Shown here piece after piece: positions 54,633-64,000 of a stretch of 64,000 bases of DNA. Position numbers and translations under genes: made by a program. Below the pieces are notes generated by a model. It made no database searches, was not told the DNA's origin, and saw nothing but the letters and a program-made list of their open reading frames with translations. The DNA comes from an uncultured Verrucomicrobiota bacterium (GTDB lineage: Bacteria; Verrucomicrobiota; Verrucomicrobiia; Limisphaerales; JAEYXS01): assembly GCA_964589735.1 (NCBI GenBank), contig CAZPUL010000002.1, positions 8,176 to 72,175 on the forward strand, in the 5' to 3' direction. Position 1 is the stretch's first letter. Each line of letters starts with the position of its first letter.

Positions 54633-55550
54633 TTACGCCAGCCAGGTCTTCAGCACCTGCAGATCTTTCTTCATGTGGCCCATCATCTGTTTCTGATCGC
54701 CCATCTCATACTCATGATGCTGGGAGATCGGGCCGCTGTAGCTCGTCTTCCTCAGGTTGTCGAAGAAGGTCTTGCTGACCATGCCTTCACCCAGCGGTGC
54801 CCACTCGGCTTTCGCGCCTTTGGCGTCCTTCTTCCAGTTGAAATCTTTCACGAAGACCGCGGTGTAGAAGGGCTCCATCAACTTCGCTTCGATGGGCCAG
54901 GAGAGCCCGCCCTCGATCGTCGCATGGCCGATGTCGAAGCACATGCCCATGTGTTTCGGATCGAGATCCTTGATCATGCTATATACATCCCAGATGGGCG
55001 CACCCACGTAATCACGACCGGAATGATTCTGGAAACCGGCCTGGATGCCCAAGGACTTGCACGCCTCGGCGATGTCCTTCAACTGCGCGCCGATCTCCTT
55101 CAACTGCTCCGCTGGATTCTTGTCCTTCTCGTATTTCCAGAAGCCAAGCCGGATGCGCTTGATGCCCAGCTTGGAGGCCGTGCGCAAGACGGTTTCCGTA
55201 TGCGGCGTCTGCATGGACGTGATGGCCGTGGTGAGGATGTAGAGATCCAGCTTCTGCTTCCGAAATACCTCGGCGAACTTGGGCAATTCATCGGCGACCT
55301 TTTCCGGTTCGATCTGGCCCTTGGGCCGCACAGGGCATTCGATGCCGTCCCAGCCCACTTCCGCCACGAAATCGGCCGTCTGCTGGGCGCTCAACTGCTG
55401 GAACGGCTTCGAGAAGGCGATGATCGGGTACTTGCTCTTCGCCGGTGCTTGGGCGCGAGCGAGACCGGCTCCCGTGCTGAGCGCGGCGGCGGTCAAGGTG
55501 GTCTGGAACAGGAACTCACGACGGGAAAGCGATGTTTGCGGGCGGATCAT
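54633..55550 (-). CDS. Tat-exported sugar phosphate isomerase/epimerase (xylose isomerase-like TIM barrel)
   Basis: SRREFLFQTTLTAAALS is a twin-arginine signal. The motifs GWDGIE, FQNHSG and CFDIGHA match. Confidence 0.85.
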   Translation of the reverse strand: MIRPQTSLSRREFLFQTTLTAAALSTGAGLARAQAPAKSKYPIIAFSKPFQQLSAQQTADFVAEVGWDGIECPVRPKGQIEPEKVADELPKFAEVFRKQKLDLYILTTAITSMQTPHTETVLRTASKLGIKRIRLGFWKYEKDKNPAEQLKEIGAQLKDIAEACKSLGIQAGFQNHSGRDYVGAPIWDVYSMIKDLDPKHMGMCFDIGHATIEGGLSWPIEAKLMEPFYTAVFVKDFNWKKDAKGAKAEWAPLGEGMVSKTFFDNLRKTSYSGPISQHHEYEMGDQKQMMGHMKKDLQVLKTWLA

Positions 55551-55653
55551 GGGGTAAGTTTGACCAGGTGCGGGAGAATTTCAATGCTGGTTTGTGATGA
55601 GCTTTTCCCAAGGTTTCTCTGGCACTACCTGTGTGTCCTTATTAAACTAAGCC

Positions 55654-56127
55654 ATGCGCCTTTACTTCCTCAGGCACGCTGATTCTCCGCCCGGAGCGGA
55701 TGACGCAGTCAGGCCGCTCTCCAAACTGGGCCAGCGCCAGGCCAAGGCCTTGGCTGACCTGCTGGTGAATGCCGGGATCGTGTTTGATGCGGCCTACAGC
55801 AGTCCTTTGGTGCGGGCGCGGGAAACCGCGGAACTCATCCTGCCGGTCACCAACAGCGACAAGCGTATCATCTTGGAACTGACCGATGCGTTGCTGAATG
55901 AGGAGAAGAATTTTGCGGGCTGGCTAAAAAAGATTCCTGACGGGAAGAACATCCTGCTGGTGGGGCATAATCCCTCCATCTCCGATCACATCGTCCACCT
56001 GCTCCAGTGGCATGCGGGTGATTCCTTTGAGATGTCCAAGGGGATGCTCGCCTGTCTCCGCACGGAAGACCGGGCGATCTATTCCCTGAAACTTGTCATC
56101 GGCCCGAAGATGCTGGGGGTGAAGTAA
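55654..56127 (+). CDS. Histidine phosphatase family protein (SixA-like)
   Basis: The N-terminal LRHADS (RH catalytic motif) is present. The SPLVRARETA and VGHNPS motifs match. Confidence 0.75.
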   Translation: MRLYFLRHADSPPGADDAVRPLSKLGQRQAKALADLLVNAGIVFDAAYSSPLVRARETAELILPVTNSDKRIILELTDALLNEEKNFAGWLKKIPDGKNILLVGHNPSISDHIVHLLQWHAGDSFEMSKGMLACLRTEDRAIYSLKLVIGPKMLGVK

Positions 56128-56181
56128 CCCCTGACCCGTAGCAGCCGACGTAAGGAGGCTCCGCCATTCCCGTAACCAGTC

Positions 56182-56514
56182 ATGAATTCCAGCAGCTCAA
56201 AGTACGTCCTTCCCGTTTGCGCCATCGTCGCGAGTTTCTTTGGCGTATCCATCATCCGCTATTCTCTGGGGCTTTACTTGGCCGCGTTGGGCCAACAGAC
56301 CGAATTGTTCCCCAAAAGCGTGCAATTTGTCTGGCGTATCCATGACTATCGCTGGCTGATCTTGAGCTTGGGAACTGTGGGGTTCATCGTGGTCTGCCGG
56401 CGCGCGAAGACGGAAGCTGAATCCAATCTGGTCAGCGGCCTTTATATGCTGGGCTGGTTCGTGCTTTGTTTTCTGGTCCAGTTTTGCCTCGTTTACGGTT
56501 TGAACCAGCGTTGA
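56182..56514 (+). CDS. Small integral membrane protein, hypothetical
   Basis: 110 aa with about four hydrophobic segments. No recognisable motif. Confidence 0.5.
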   Translation: MNSSSSKYVLPVCAIVASFFGVSIIRYSLGLYLAALGQQTELFPKSVQFVWRIHDYRWLILSLGTVGFIVVCRRAKTEAESNLVSGLYMLGWFVLCFLVQFCLVYGLNQR

Positions 56515-56559
56515 TTGGATTTTCCTTTGCTTGCCCCGCCAGATTCCTAGGCTCTCGCC

Positions 56560-57420
56560 GTGACCGTTCTGGAAACGATACAACGCAGCACCGAGTTTTT
56601 GCAGCGCAAGCAGGTGGATTCCCCCCGTTTGCAGGCGGAGCTGTTGCTGGCGCATGTGCTGAAGATGCCGCGCCTCAAGCTGTATCTTAACTTCGAGCGC
56701 GCCTTGCAGCCCGCCGAAGAGCAATCCATGCGCGAACTGGTCCAGCGGCGCGGCAAGCGGGAACCGCTCCAGCATCTGGTAGGCACCGTGAACTTCTGCG
56801 GTTACGAACTGGAAGTGAACCGCGATGTGCTCATCCCCCGTCCGGAAACGGAGCATTTGGCGGAACTGGCGTGGACTTACCTTAACGGATTACCGAAAGG
56901 TGAACTGCGCGCCTTGGACCTCGGCACAGGCTCGGGTTGCCTGCCTATCACCATCGCTGTCAAGTGTCCAAAGGTGACTTTGGACACGGTAGATATCTCG
57001 GCAGCAGCCTCGGCGGTTGCCAAACGGAACGCAGAAAAGCATCAGGTGACTGCGCGGCTGCATTTCCTGGAGGGAGATCTGTTTCAGCCCTTAAGCAAGG
57101 GGCAAAAGTATCACCTGATCGTCAGCAATCCGCCTTACATCGAGGCGGCGGAGATCGAGACATTGGAGCCGGAGGTGAAGGATTTCGATCCGCGTCTGGC
57201 CTTGGATGGCGGAGCGGATGGATTGGAGTTTTACCGGCGGTTGGCCAAGGAAGGGGCCGCTTGGCTGTTGCCTAATGGTCGCTTGATGGCGGAATTCGGT
57301 GAAGGACAGGGGCCGGCCATCCAGCAGATTTTTGAAGGCAACGGATGGACGGTTCATGCTTTGGAGAAAGATTTAAGCGGTCGGGAACGCTTCGTGATTG
57401 CCAGTCTGCGAAGCGCGTGA
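56560..57420 (+). CDS. prmC: Release factor glutamine methyltransferase
   Basis: The motifs REPLQHLVG...F, DLGTGSGC and VSNPPYI (NPPY) match. GTG start. Confidence 0.9.
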   Translation: MTVLETIQRSTEFLQRKQVDSPRLQAELLLAHVLKMPRLKLYLNFERALQPAEEQSMRELVQRRGKREPLQHLVGTVNFCGYELEVNRDVLIPRPETEHLAELAWTYLNGLPKGELRALDLGTGSGCLPITIAVKCPKVTLDTVDISAAASAVAKRNAEKHQVTARLHFLEGDLFQPLSKGQKYHLIVSNPPYIEAAEIETLEPEVKDFDPRLALDGGADGLEFYRRLAKEGAAWLLPNGRLMAEFGEGQGPAIQQIFEGNGWTVHALEKDLSGRERFVIASLRSA

Positions 57421-57478
57421 AAAAGTCGCGCGTCGTTGATTCTCTGGCGCAAACTTTTTTCGGTTCGATTTTGATTAT

Positions 57479-58738
57479 ATGGACAGTCTTTTGATCAAAG
57501 GCGGCATCCCGCTGCACGGCGATGTGCAGATCAGCGGAGCCAAGAACGCCGTGCTCCCCCTCATGGCCGCCACCCTCCTCACGGCTGAGCCATGCATCAT
57601 CCGCCGCGTACCGGACCTGAGCGACGTGAAGTTCATGGGCCAAGTTCTTACTTCACTCGGAGCGACGGTGGAGATCAACGGTGACGAGGTGAAAATCCAG
57701 GCCAACAAGATCAAGGGCACGGGTGATTATGACCTGATCCGCAAGATGCGTGGATCCATCTGCATCTTGGGCCCGCTGCTGGCGCGCTTGAAGAAGGCCA
57801 CGGTGTCGCTGCCGGGTGGTTGCGTCATCGGTGCCCGTCCGGTGGACCTGCATTTGAAGGGCCTCGAGGCCCTGAGCGCGAAGATCGTCGTCGAGCGCGG
57901 TTACGTCATTGCCAAAGCCCCGAAATTGATCGGTCGCGAGATGTTCCTTGGTGGTCGCTCGGGCCCGACGGTTTTGGGCACGGCGAATATCATGATGGCG
58001 GCGACGCTGGCGGAAGGCGTGACCATCATCGACAGCGCGGCGTGCGAGCCGGAAGTGGTCGATCTGGCGAACTTCCTGAACGCCATGGGCGCCAAGATCA
58101 CGGGTGCGGGCAGCCCCACCATCACCATCACGGGTGTGAAAGAGTTGCATGGTGCGGAGCATGAGGTCATTCCGGACCGCATTGAAGCGGCCACTTATGC
58201 GATCGCGGCGGCGGCGACAAATGGTGAAGTAACCCTCCATGGTGCGCGGGCGGATCACATGCACGCCATTTTGGACAAGCTCCGTGAAGCGGGTGTGAAA
58301 GTTGAGCGAAGCGGCCCACGCATCACCATCAAACGCAATGGCAAACTCAAGCCGGTGGACATCGTCACCCAGCCTTACGCAGGGTTCCCGACGGATGCCC
58401 AGGCGCAGATGATGGTGCTCATGGCGTTGACGCCCGGCATCAGCATCATCACGGAACGGATTTTCGAGGCCCGCTTTATGCACGTCAGCGAGTTGCTGCG
58501 TTTGGGGGCGGACATCGCCATCGAGGGGCCAAGCGCCATCGTGAAGGGCGGCAAACCGCTTAGCGGCGCAGAAGTGATGGCGAGCGATCTGCGTGCCTCG
58601 GCGGCCCTGGTCATCGGCGGCATGGCGGCGAAGGGTTCCACCCAGGTGAACCGTATCTATCATCTGGACCGTGGCTACGAGAAGATCGATGAGAAGCTGA
58701 AGAAGTTGGGGGCAAGGGTGTCCCGGGTGAAAGAGTAG
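57479..58738 (+). CDS. murA: UDP-N-acetylglucosamine 1-carboxyvinyltransferase
   Basis: L.I.GG..L.G.V.ISGAKN, the active-site loop LPGGCVIGARPVD and GFPTD.QAQ match. Confidence 0.95.
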   Translation: MDSLLIKGGIPLHGDVQISGAKNAVLPLMAATLLTAEPCIIRRVPDLSDVKFMGQVLTSLGATVEINGDEVKIQANKIKGTGDYDLIRKMRGSICILGPLLARLKKATVSLPGGCVIGARPVDLHLKGLEALSAKIVVERGYVIAKAPKLIGREMFLGGRSGPTVLGTANIMMAATLAEGVTIIDSAACEPEVVDLANFLNAMGAKITGAGSPTITITGVKELHGAEHEVIPDRIEAATYAIAAAATNGEVTLHGARADHMHAILDKLREAGVKVERSGPRITIKRNGKLKPVDIVTQPYAGFPTDAQAQMMVLMALTPGISIITERIFEARFMHVSELLRLGADIAIEGPSAIVKGGKPLSGAEVMASDLRASAALVIGGMAAKGSTQVNRIYHLDRGYEKIDEKLKKLGARVSRVKE

Positions 58739-58776
58739 GGGAAAACTCCAAGCTCAAAGTTCAAAGCTCAAAATTA

Positions 58777-58812
58777 GCTCCAAATCCGTCGTGGGCGGAT
58801 CTGGAGCTTTTT
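58777..58812 (+). terminator. Rho-independent terminator after murA
   Basis: GCTCCAAATCCG-tcgtggg-CGGATCTGGAGC is followed by TTTTT. Confidence 0.65.
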
Positions 58813-58938
58813 CATGGGAGATTCTTTTGATTTTTGAGCTTGGGGTTTGGAGTTTTGATTCGGCATTTATTTCTGCTGGCTCTTGGCCCCGGCAGGCATT
58901 AGGTTGTCGCAGTTTCCAAATATTAGCTGAGGTGCCGT

Positions 58939-59442
58939 ATGGACATTAATTTTGCCTGCCCGAACTGCAACGTGTTGCTGACCGCGGATGACTCGATGGT
59001 CGGTGACGAGATCCAGTGTCCACAATGCAGCCTGACCTTCAATGTGCCGGAAGGCACCCCGGCCCCTCCGCCAGCGCCCGCCGTTGATCCGACCGAGGAG
59101 ATATTGGCGGCGACCTCCACACCTGAGCTCAAGCCGCGCCAGCGCATCAACCTGACGCTGCCCTCCAGCGCCCCTGGTTCGGGCGCGCTCATCGAGAAGG
59201 CGAACAAGCCGCTCGAAGTGGCGGCCAAGCTGGGCATTTCCTTCGTCGTGCGGACCATTCGCCGTTCCGAGTGCATCGTCAATGGCAAGGACCGCTTTGA
59301 TGACATGGTGGCCGAGGTTTTGAGCGGTGTGGGTGAGGAACATCTGCATTCCGTCACGCCGATCAGCTATTCCTATCTCGATAAAGCCTCCCAGATGGCG
59401 CTGATGGACTACGGCGTCATGATCATCTACAAGAAGCAGTAA
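58939..59442 (+). CDS. Zinc-ribbon (MJ0042-type) protein with uncharacterised C-terminal domain
   Basis: N-terminal CPNC...x17...CPQC ribbon, a Pro-rich linker and a 70-aa C-terminal domain. Confidence 0.6.
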   Translation: MDINFACPNCNVLLTADDSMVGDEIQCPQCSLTFNVPEGTPAPPPAPAVDPTEEILAATSTPELKPRQRINLTLPSSAPGSGALIEKANKPLEVAAKLGISFVVRTIRRSECIVNGKDRFDDMVAEVLSGVGEEHLHSVTPISYSYLDKASQMALMDYGVMIIYKKQ

Positions 59443-59861
59443 TTCAGCGGGGCCGGAGAAGCTCCCAAGCTCAAAGCACTGAAGAAACTTCCAATCTCAA
59501 GCTCCAGCTTTGCTCCGGCGGGTTGGAGCTTTTTCTTTGGTCGTTTGGAGTTTTGAAGGGGGATTATCTTCCTTCTGTGGGCGTTCGACCACCCAGAGGC
59601 CGCCAGTTGGATTGGATCATCTGCTGAATCCCTTGCGGAGTGAAAAATGTATTTCCGACCGGCTCTATCAAACCGCCGAAGGGATGGCGGACAGGGAAGG
59701 GATGGCCTTTTTTGGTCCGGCAGGTGTGGATTCTGATGATTGCACTTTGGCGGTTATTGACGGAAACTTGTCCGCGTTCGGCTGACGTTGGTCGGGATTG
59801 AGCGTTTGCTGCTGCTGGCTGTCAATCATGATGGTCGGGGCGGCGCAAAAGCCGGCTACAG

Positions 59862-60386
59862 ATGCATACTGAGACCAAACCGGAACCAACCGTGAACGGA
59901 TGGGCCCGCCTGGTGGTGGGCAAACATCCGAAGAAGACGCTTTCGCGCATCGCGGTGACGATCATCACCTGCGCTGTGGTCTTTGGTTTTCTGGCCCGCC
60001 CCATCCAAGTGGTCGGTATCAGCATGTTCCCGACTTACAAGCAGGGGCAGTATAACTTCATCAACCGTGTCTCCTATTGGTTTTCCGAGCCACAACGCTT
60101 TGATGTGGTGGCGGTGGATGAGCGTCAAAACGGCATCCGTGCGGTCCTGCTCAAGCGTATCATCGGCCTGCCGGGGGAAAAAGTGGTCATCAGTGAGGGG
60201 ATCGTGGAGGTGAATGGCCAGCCCTTGGATGAGCCGTATGTGCGGGCGCGTTTTCCGTGGAAGGAAGATTTTGAATTGGGGCCGGAGGAGTATCTGGTCA
60301 TCGGTGACAACCGGGCCATGATCCAGGACAACCACACCCATGGGGTCCGCGCGCGCAAGTTGATCATGGGCAAGGTGCTGTATTGA
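59862..60386 (+). CDS. lepB: Signal peptidase I
   Basis: A TM anchor is followed by GISMFPT (catalytic Ser), LKRIIGLPGE (catalytic Lys) and VIGDNR. Confidence 0.85.
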   Translation: MHTETKPEPTVNGWARLVVGKHPKKTLSRIAVTIITCAVVFGFLARPIQVVGISMFPTYKQGQYNFINRVSYWFSEPQRFDVVAVDERQNGIRAVLLKRIIGLPGEKVVISEGIVEVNGQPLDEPYVRARFPWKEDFELGPEEYLVIGDNRAMIQDNHTHGVRARKLIMGKVLY

Positions 60387-60392
60387 GTCGGC

Positions 60393-61781
60393 TTAAAAAT
60401 CGCGGAACGGTCCTCGCGGTTCGGCCTCATCCATCTGTTTCTTCCAGTTCACGAACTTGGCTTTCATCATGGCGGTCACGTCGGGCTTCTCCTGACTGAG
60501 GTCTTTTTTCTCGCTGAGGTCGGTGGATAAATCATACAGCCCTTTGCCTTTGGCGGATTCCACCCACTTCCAGTTGCCGACGCGGGCGGCACGATCGCTG
60601 CGGCGTTCCCAATACATCTCGGTGCGCGGTGATTTCTGTTTGCCTTGCAGCACGGGCAGGAGATTGAAGCCGTCGAGGATGATATCCTTCGGTGGTCTGG
60701 CTCCGGCGATGGCAGTGAAGGTGGGGAAGAGTTCGAGGCCGGTGAGGAATTCATCCGTGACTTTTCCGGCCGGCAATTGGCCGGGCCAGCGGGCGAGGAA
60801 AGGCACGCGCAAGCCGCCTTCCCACATGGTGGATTTCGCGCCTTTCAAGGGCGCATTGCCGCCATTGCCACTGCCGCCGTTGTCCGACATGAAGACCACG
60901 AGGGTGTTTTTTTCCAGGTCATGCTTTTTCAAGGCGTCGAGCAGTTCACCAATGGCGGCGTCCATGCAGGTGACGGCGGCGTAGTAGGAGGTGAGCCTTT
61001 CTTTCGGGTCCATCTGGGGATATTTGCGGATGTATTCGTCCGGAGCCTGCACGCCGGGTTTGTCCAGATTGGAAGCGCCATGAGGAGCGTTGAAAGCGAC
61101 GTAGAGGAAGAAGGGTTGCTCGCGGTTCTCGTTGATGAAACGGAGCGATTCGCGTTTGAAGACATCCGTGGCGTAGGTGCCTTTGTCCGCCTCCGTGCGG
61201 TTGTTGTCACGGAACATGGAAGGCGCGCCATAACGCTCGTGCGTGTAGTAATCGATGCCGTTGTTCCCGATGCCGTAAAAGAAATCGAAGCCGCGCTGGA
61301 GCGGCAGGTAACGCTTGGCCTGGCCCATGTCCCACTTGCCCACCACGCCCGTGCGATAGCCGGCGGTCTTGAGCACATTGCCAATGGTGATCTCCTTGGG
61401 GTCCAGCCCCAGAGTCATCTCCGGCGAGACGAGGTATTCATCCCAGGAATATTTGTGCCCGTAGTTGACGAGGTCATTGCGGACCATGTCATAGAGACCG
61501 TTGCGTTGTGGATAGCGCCCGGTCAGCACGCTGCCGCGTGAAGGTGTGCAGGCGGGCCAGGTGACGTAAAAACTAGTAGCCCGCACGCCTTCCCGGGCGA
61601 GGCGATCCAAGTTAGGCGTCAGAATGGGCTTGGTGCCGATGATGCCGAGATCGGGATAACCCTGATCGTCCGAGATGATGAACAGGATGTTGGGCGGACG
61701 TTCAGCGGCAGGGAGATTGAGGGAGGTGAACAATGCCGGTAACAGCACGATGCCAATCCAGAATGAGCAGGCGCGGACCAT
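60393..61781 (-). CDS. Secreted arylsulfatase (formylglycine-dependent)
   Basis: The motifs NILFIISDDQG and CTPSRGSVLTGRYP (CxPxR) match. The late SDNGG motif is present. Confidence 0.9.
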   Translation of the reverse strand: MVRACSFWIGIVLLPALFTSLNLPAAERPPNILFIISDDQGYPDLGIIGTKPILTPNLDRLAREGVRATSFYVTWPACTPSRGSVLTGRYPQRNGLYDMVRNDLVNYGHKYSWDEYLVSPEMTLGLDPKEITIGNVLKTAGYRTGVVGKWDMGQAKRYLPLQRGFDFFYGIGNNGIDYYTHERYGAPSMFRDNNRTEADKGTYATDVFKRESLRFINENREQPFFLYVAFNAPHGASNLDKPGVQAPDEYIRKYPQMDPKERLTSYYAAVTCMDAAIGELLDALKKHDLEKNTLVVFMSDNGGSGNGGNAPLKGAKSTMWEGGLRVPFLARWPGQLPAGKVTDEFLTGLELFPTFTAIAGARPPKDIILDGFNLLPVLQGKQKSPRTEMYWERRSDRAARVGNWKWVESAKGKGLYDLSTDLSEKKDLSQEKPDVTAMMKAKFVNWKKQMDEAEPRGPFRDF

Positions 61782-62120
61782 GCAGAATATGAAAGCACAG
61801 GTGATGGATTGCGGGAAGGGAAAGCTGATAGCAGGCCACCAATGATAGAGTGCCTGTGGCTGTTTTTGGTCTGTCTGGCTGGAATCGGGGCAGCTTAATT
61901 CTGCCTTGAGGCAATGGATTTGCGGTAGATCTTTCATGGGGAAAAGCCCTGATAGCACGGCGGTAGGAACACGCTAGGCTCTCCCACTGAAAACGGAATG
62001 GATGCACAGGGCTTTTGCCAAGAATGATGTAATTAAAGCAGTCAGGACAAAAAATGTCCATCATCGAGGCGGACTTTGCAAAAATTGGCCTAGAAGGTGC
62101 TGAATTGTAAATTTACAGGA

Positions 62121-64000
62121 ATGAGAACACTTACCTTGCTACCATGTGTCGCGCTGTTGCTGGCAGCGGGAGTCTCTGCTTTGCAAGCAGTTCCGACGGC
62201 AAATCCAGATACTGGAGCCACACCGGCGAACCAGCTTTTGACCGTCGGTAGCCCTGGTGTTCTGGCAAATGACTCTGGCACTGGGGTTTTGACCGTTAAC
62301 GGTAACGCTCCCCAGCAGAGTTATTCTTTTGCGGGTTTTACCTTCGATCAGTTGAGCACGCCGAATGTTTATACATCCTTGGCCGCAGGCACCTATAGTG
62401 GGGCCATCGTGACCCATCTGCCGATTGCTGTCACGGGTGAGATCACTGGGTTTCCGAGCAGTACGGTGGGTTTTGATTCCTCATTGTCGATTGGCCGCCA
62501 GTTTACCGTTACCACCGGGGTGCGTGCGTTGAACCTGCCGAATGGGAACAACGGCACGACCCGGCGCAGTGGTTTTGAACTGTCGTGGAACAATGGTTTG
62601 ATCCTCACGAACGATACGGGGAATGACTTTGTGGTCTATGAATCCGGCTCCAATGCCACCACGCCGGAAGGTTTCATGGTGCAGGTCCATGACCGGATCA
62701 ACAATGTGTGGAGTGTCTGGGTTTACCAGCCGGCCACGGCGGTGGCGACCACTTCCGGTTCGGAAACGGCTTTTGCCATGCTGTTTGACCTCAGCGGATT
62801 CGGCATCGCTGCCAATGGTGAGGTGGATGGCATCCGGGTGGTTAACCTGACCGATGAGGACCGGATGGTGGATGCCAGCGGTGTGGGGGTAGTGATTCCC
62901 GAAGACAACGGGGCTACGAGCGCGTTTTTGCCAGACCCGGGCTCCTTGGCTTCGTTCGAGACTTACGGTGCCAGCACGCTGGACCCGGACCCGATCTATG
63001 TCGGCATCTTGCGCCCTTTGACGCCCGGAACGCCGGCGTTTGACGCGAACAGCGCTTTGGGAGCGCCCGTCAACGTGAACCCGGACGGCAGTTATACCTA
63101 TGACCCGCGCGGTGTGCTTACCCTGCGGCAACTGGCCGCCGGGGCCACGATGGATGATACCTTCAGTTATACGGTGCAGGATGACGACGGTTTTGACACT
63201 GCCACGGTGACCATCACCGTGACCGGGGTGAACGAAGATCCGGTCGGCGTGAATGATGCGTATGCCGCCAGCGAGGATTCGGTCCTGTCGGTGCCCACCG
63301 CGACGGGCGTGCTGGTGAATGATACGGATGTGGATACCGGCGCGGTTCTCTCGGTGACGGCCTTCGACGCCTTCAGCGTGCAGGGGGCAGTGGTTGCGGT
63401 GGCAACAGATGGCAGTTTCACTTACAATCCGGCGGCGGTTCCGGCCATCCAGGCGCTCTCGGTGGGGCAAACGCTGGTGGATACGTTCACATACACTGTT
63501 TCTGACGCCAATGGTGGCAGTGATACGGCGATCACGGTGAGTATCACGGTGAGCGGCCGCAACAACCCGCCCATGGCCGTGGCCGACACCGGTTTTGCCA
63601 CTGCTTCGGACACGGTGCTCAATGTGCCCGCGCCTGGTGTCCTGGCGAATGACACGGACCCGGATGCCGGTGACGTCTTGCGGGTGGAAGGTCCGGGGCA
63701 GCAGCTTTACACCTTTGCCACAGTCACTTTTGATCAAGCCGGCACACCGACCATCCTCACCACCCTGGCACCCGGCACCTATGATGGAGCGGTGATCGAT
63801 GCCGAACCGGCGGACCTGACGAACGCCCGTAGCGGTTTTCCGGATGACGCCACGAATTTCAAAGGTGAGTATTCCTTGGGCCGCCTCTTTGAATCTTCCG
63901 CCGGCACCACAGTGCGCGGGGTGAATCTCCCCTTGGGTGATGTGGGAACGGCGTTCCGCAGTGGCGTTCAATTGTCATGGGAAAACGGACTGAGTCTGAC
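62121..64000 (+). CDS. Giant cadherin-like/VCBS repeat surface protein, N-terminal part (runs off window end)
   Basis: My own translation finds no stop from ATG 62121 to base 64000. Signal peptide MRTLTLLPCVALLLAAGVSALQA. Repeated VNDxYxxxEDxxLxV...VLxNDTDxD...FTYxVxDxxG modules are present. The ORF is absent from the track because it has no stop. Confidence 0.8.
   Translation, partial: MRTLTLLPCVALLLAAGVSALQAVPTANPDTGATPANQLLTVGSPGVLANDSGTGVLTVNGNAPQQSYSFAGFTFDQLSTPNVYTSLAAGTYSGAIVTHLPIAVTGEITGFPSSTVGFDSSLSIGRQFTVTTGVRALNLPNGNNGTTRRSGFELSWNNGLILTNDTGNDFVVYESGSNATTPEGFMVQVHDRINNVWSVWVYQPATAVATTSGSETAFAMLFDLSGFGIAANGEVDGIRVVNLTDEDRMVDASGVGVVIPEDNGATSAFLPDPGSLASFETYGASTLDPDPIYVGILRPLTPGTPAFDANSALGAPVNVNPDGSYTYDPRGVLTLRQLAAGATMDDTFSYTVQDDDGFDTATVTITVTGVNEDPVGVNDAYAASEDSVLSVPTATGVLVNDTDVDTGAVLSVTAFDAFSVQGAVVAVATDGSFTYNPAAVPAIQALSVGQTLVDTFTYTVSDANGGSDTAITVSITVSGRNNPPMAVADTGFATASDTVLNVPAPGVLANDTDPDAGDVLRVEGPGQQLYTFATVTFDQAGTPTILTTLAPGTYDGAVIDAEPADLTNARSGFPDDATNFKGEYSLGRLFESSAGTTVRGVNLPLGDVGTAFRSGVQLSWENGLSL

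Noticed and set aside
54633-55550. The xylose-isomerase-like TIM barrel was considered as the missing eboE of the ebo-like module.
   Set aside because: It lies 44 kb away and carries a Tat signal for export, and it has unrelated neighbours. There is no evidence of linkage.
62481-63971. A 496-aa minus-strand ORF near the window end.
   Set aside because: It is the shadow of the plus-strand cadherin-like gene (62121 onward). That gene has no stop inside the window, so it is missing from the track. The minus-frame product is Arg/His/Gly-rich nonsense.

Overview
This 64-kb window is GC-rich (about 60%) chromosomal DNA, most likely from a PVC-superphylum bacterium of Verrucomicrobiota type. The evidence for that is one complete DUF1549/DUF1553 + DUF1501 pair and a DUF1501 C-terminal fragment at the window start, a PEP-CTERM protein, many twin-arginine signal peptides on Gfo/Idh/MocA, TIM-barrel and FAD enzymes, and ETPALR-type intergenic repeats. 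I support about 50 protein genes. Housekeeping genes include lpxD, dnaX-ybaB-recR preceded by an SRP RNA, prmC-murA, lepB, mobA and tRNA-Phe. They are interleaved with secreted glycan- or sulfate-processing enzymes (GH18, GH26-like, GHL10, sulfatase, beta-helix and LamG proteins). No phage, integrase, transposase, CRISPR or recognisable defence genes are present. The most unusual content is non-coding. A 180-bp palindromic MITE-like element occurs twice with TA flanks and compensatory stem changes, and one copy is nested inside another repeat whose uninterrupted copies lie in the same window. A roughly 250-bp AT-rich module with a perfect 7-5-7 palindrome at identical spacing sits upstream of two unrelated genes. 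At least seven further short repeat families fill nearly every long intergenic region. Notable coding features are a partial ebo-like pair (dehydroquinate-synthase-like plus NPP phosphodiesterase, with a GH18 gene between them) and a DHp-DHp-receiver protein with a degenerate cyclase domain, convergent with an FHA/DUF4388 gene. There is also a tail-fibre-like S74 protein translationally coupled to a small secreted partner, and a Tat-exported pyruvyl-transferase-like/LamG/FAD operon. All functional calls come from motif recognition by eye. No database search was run.
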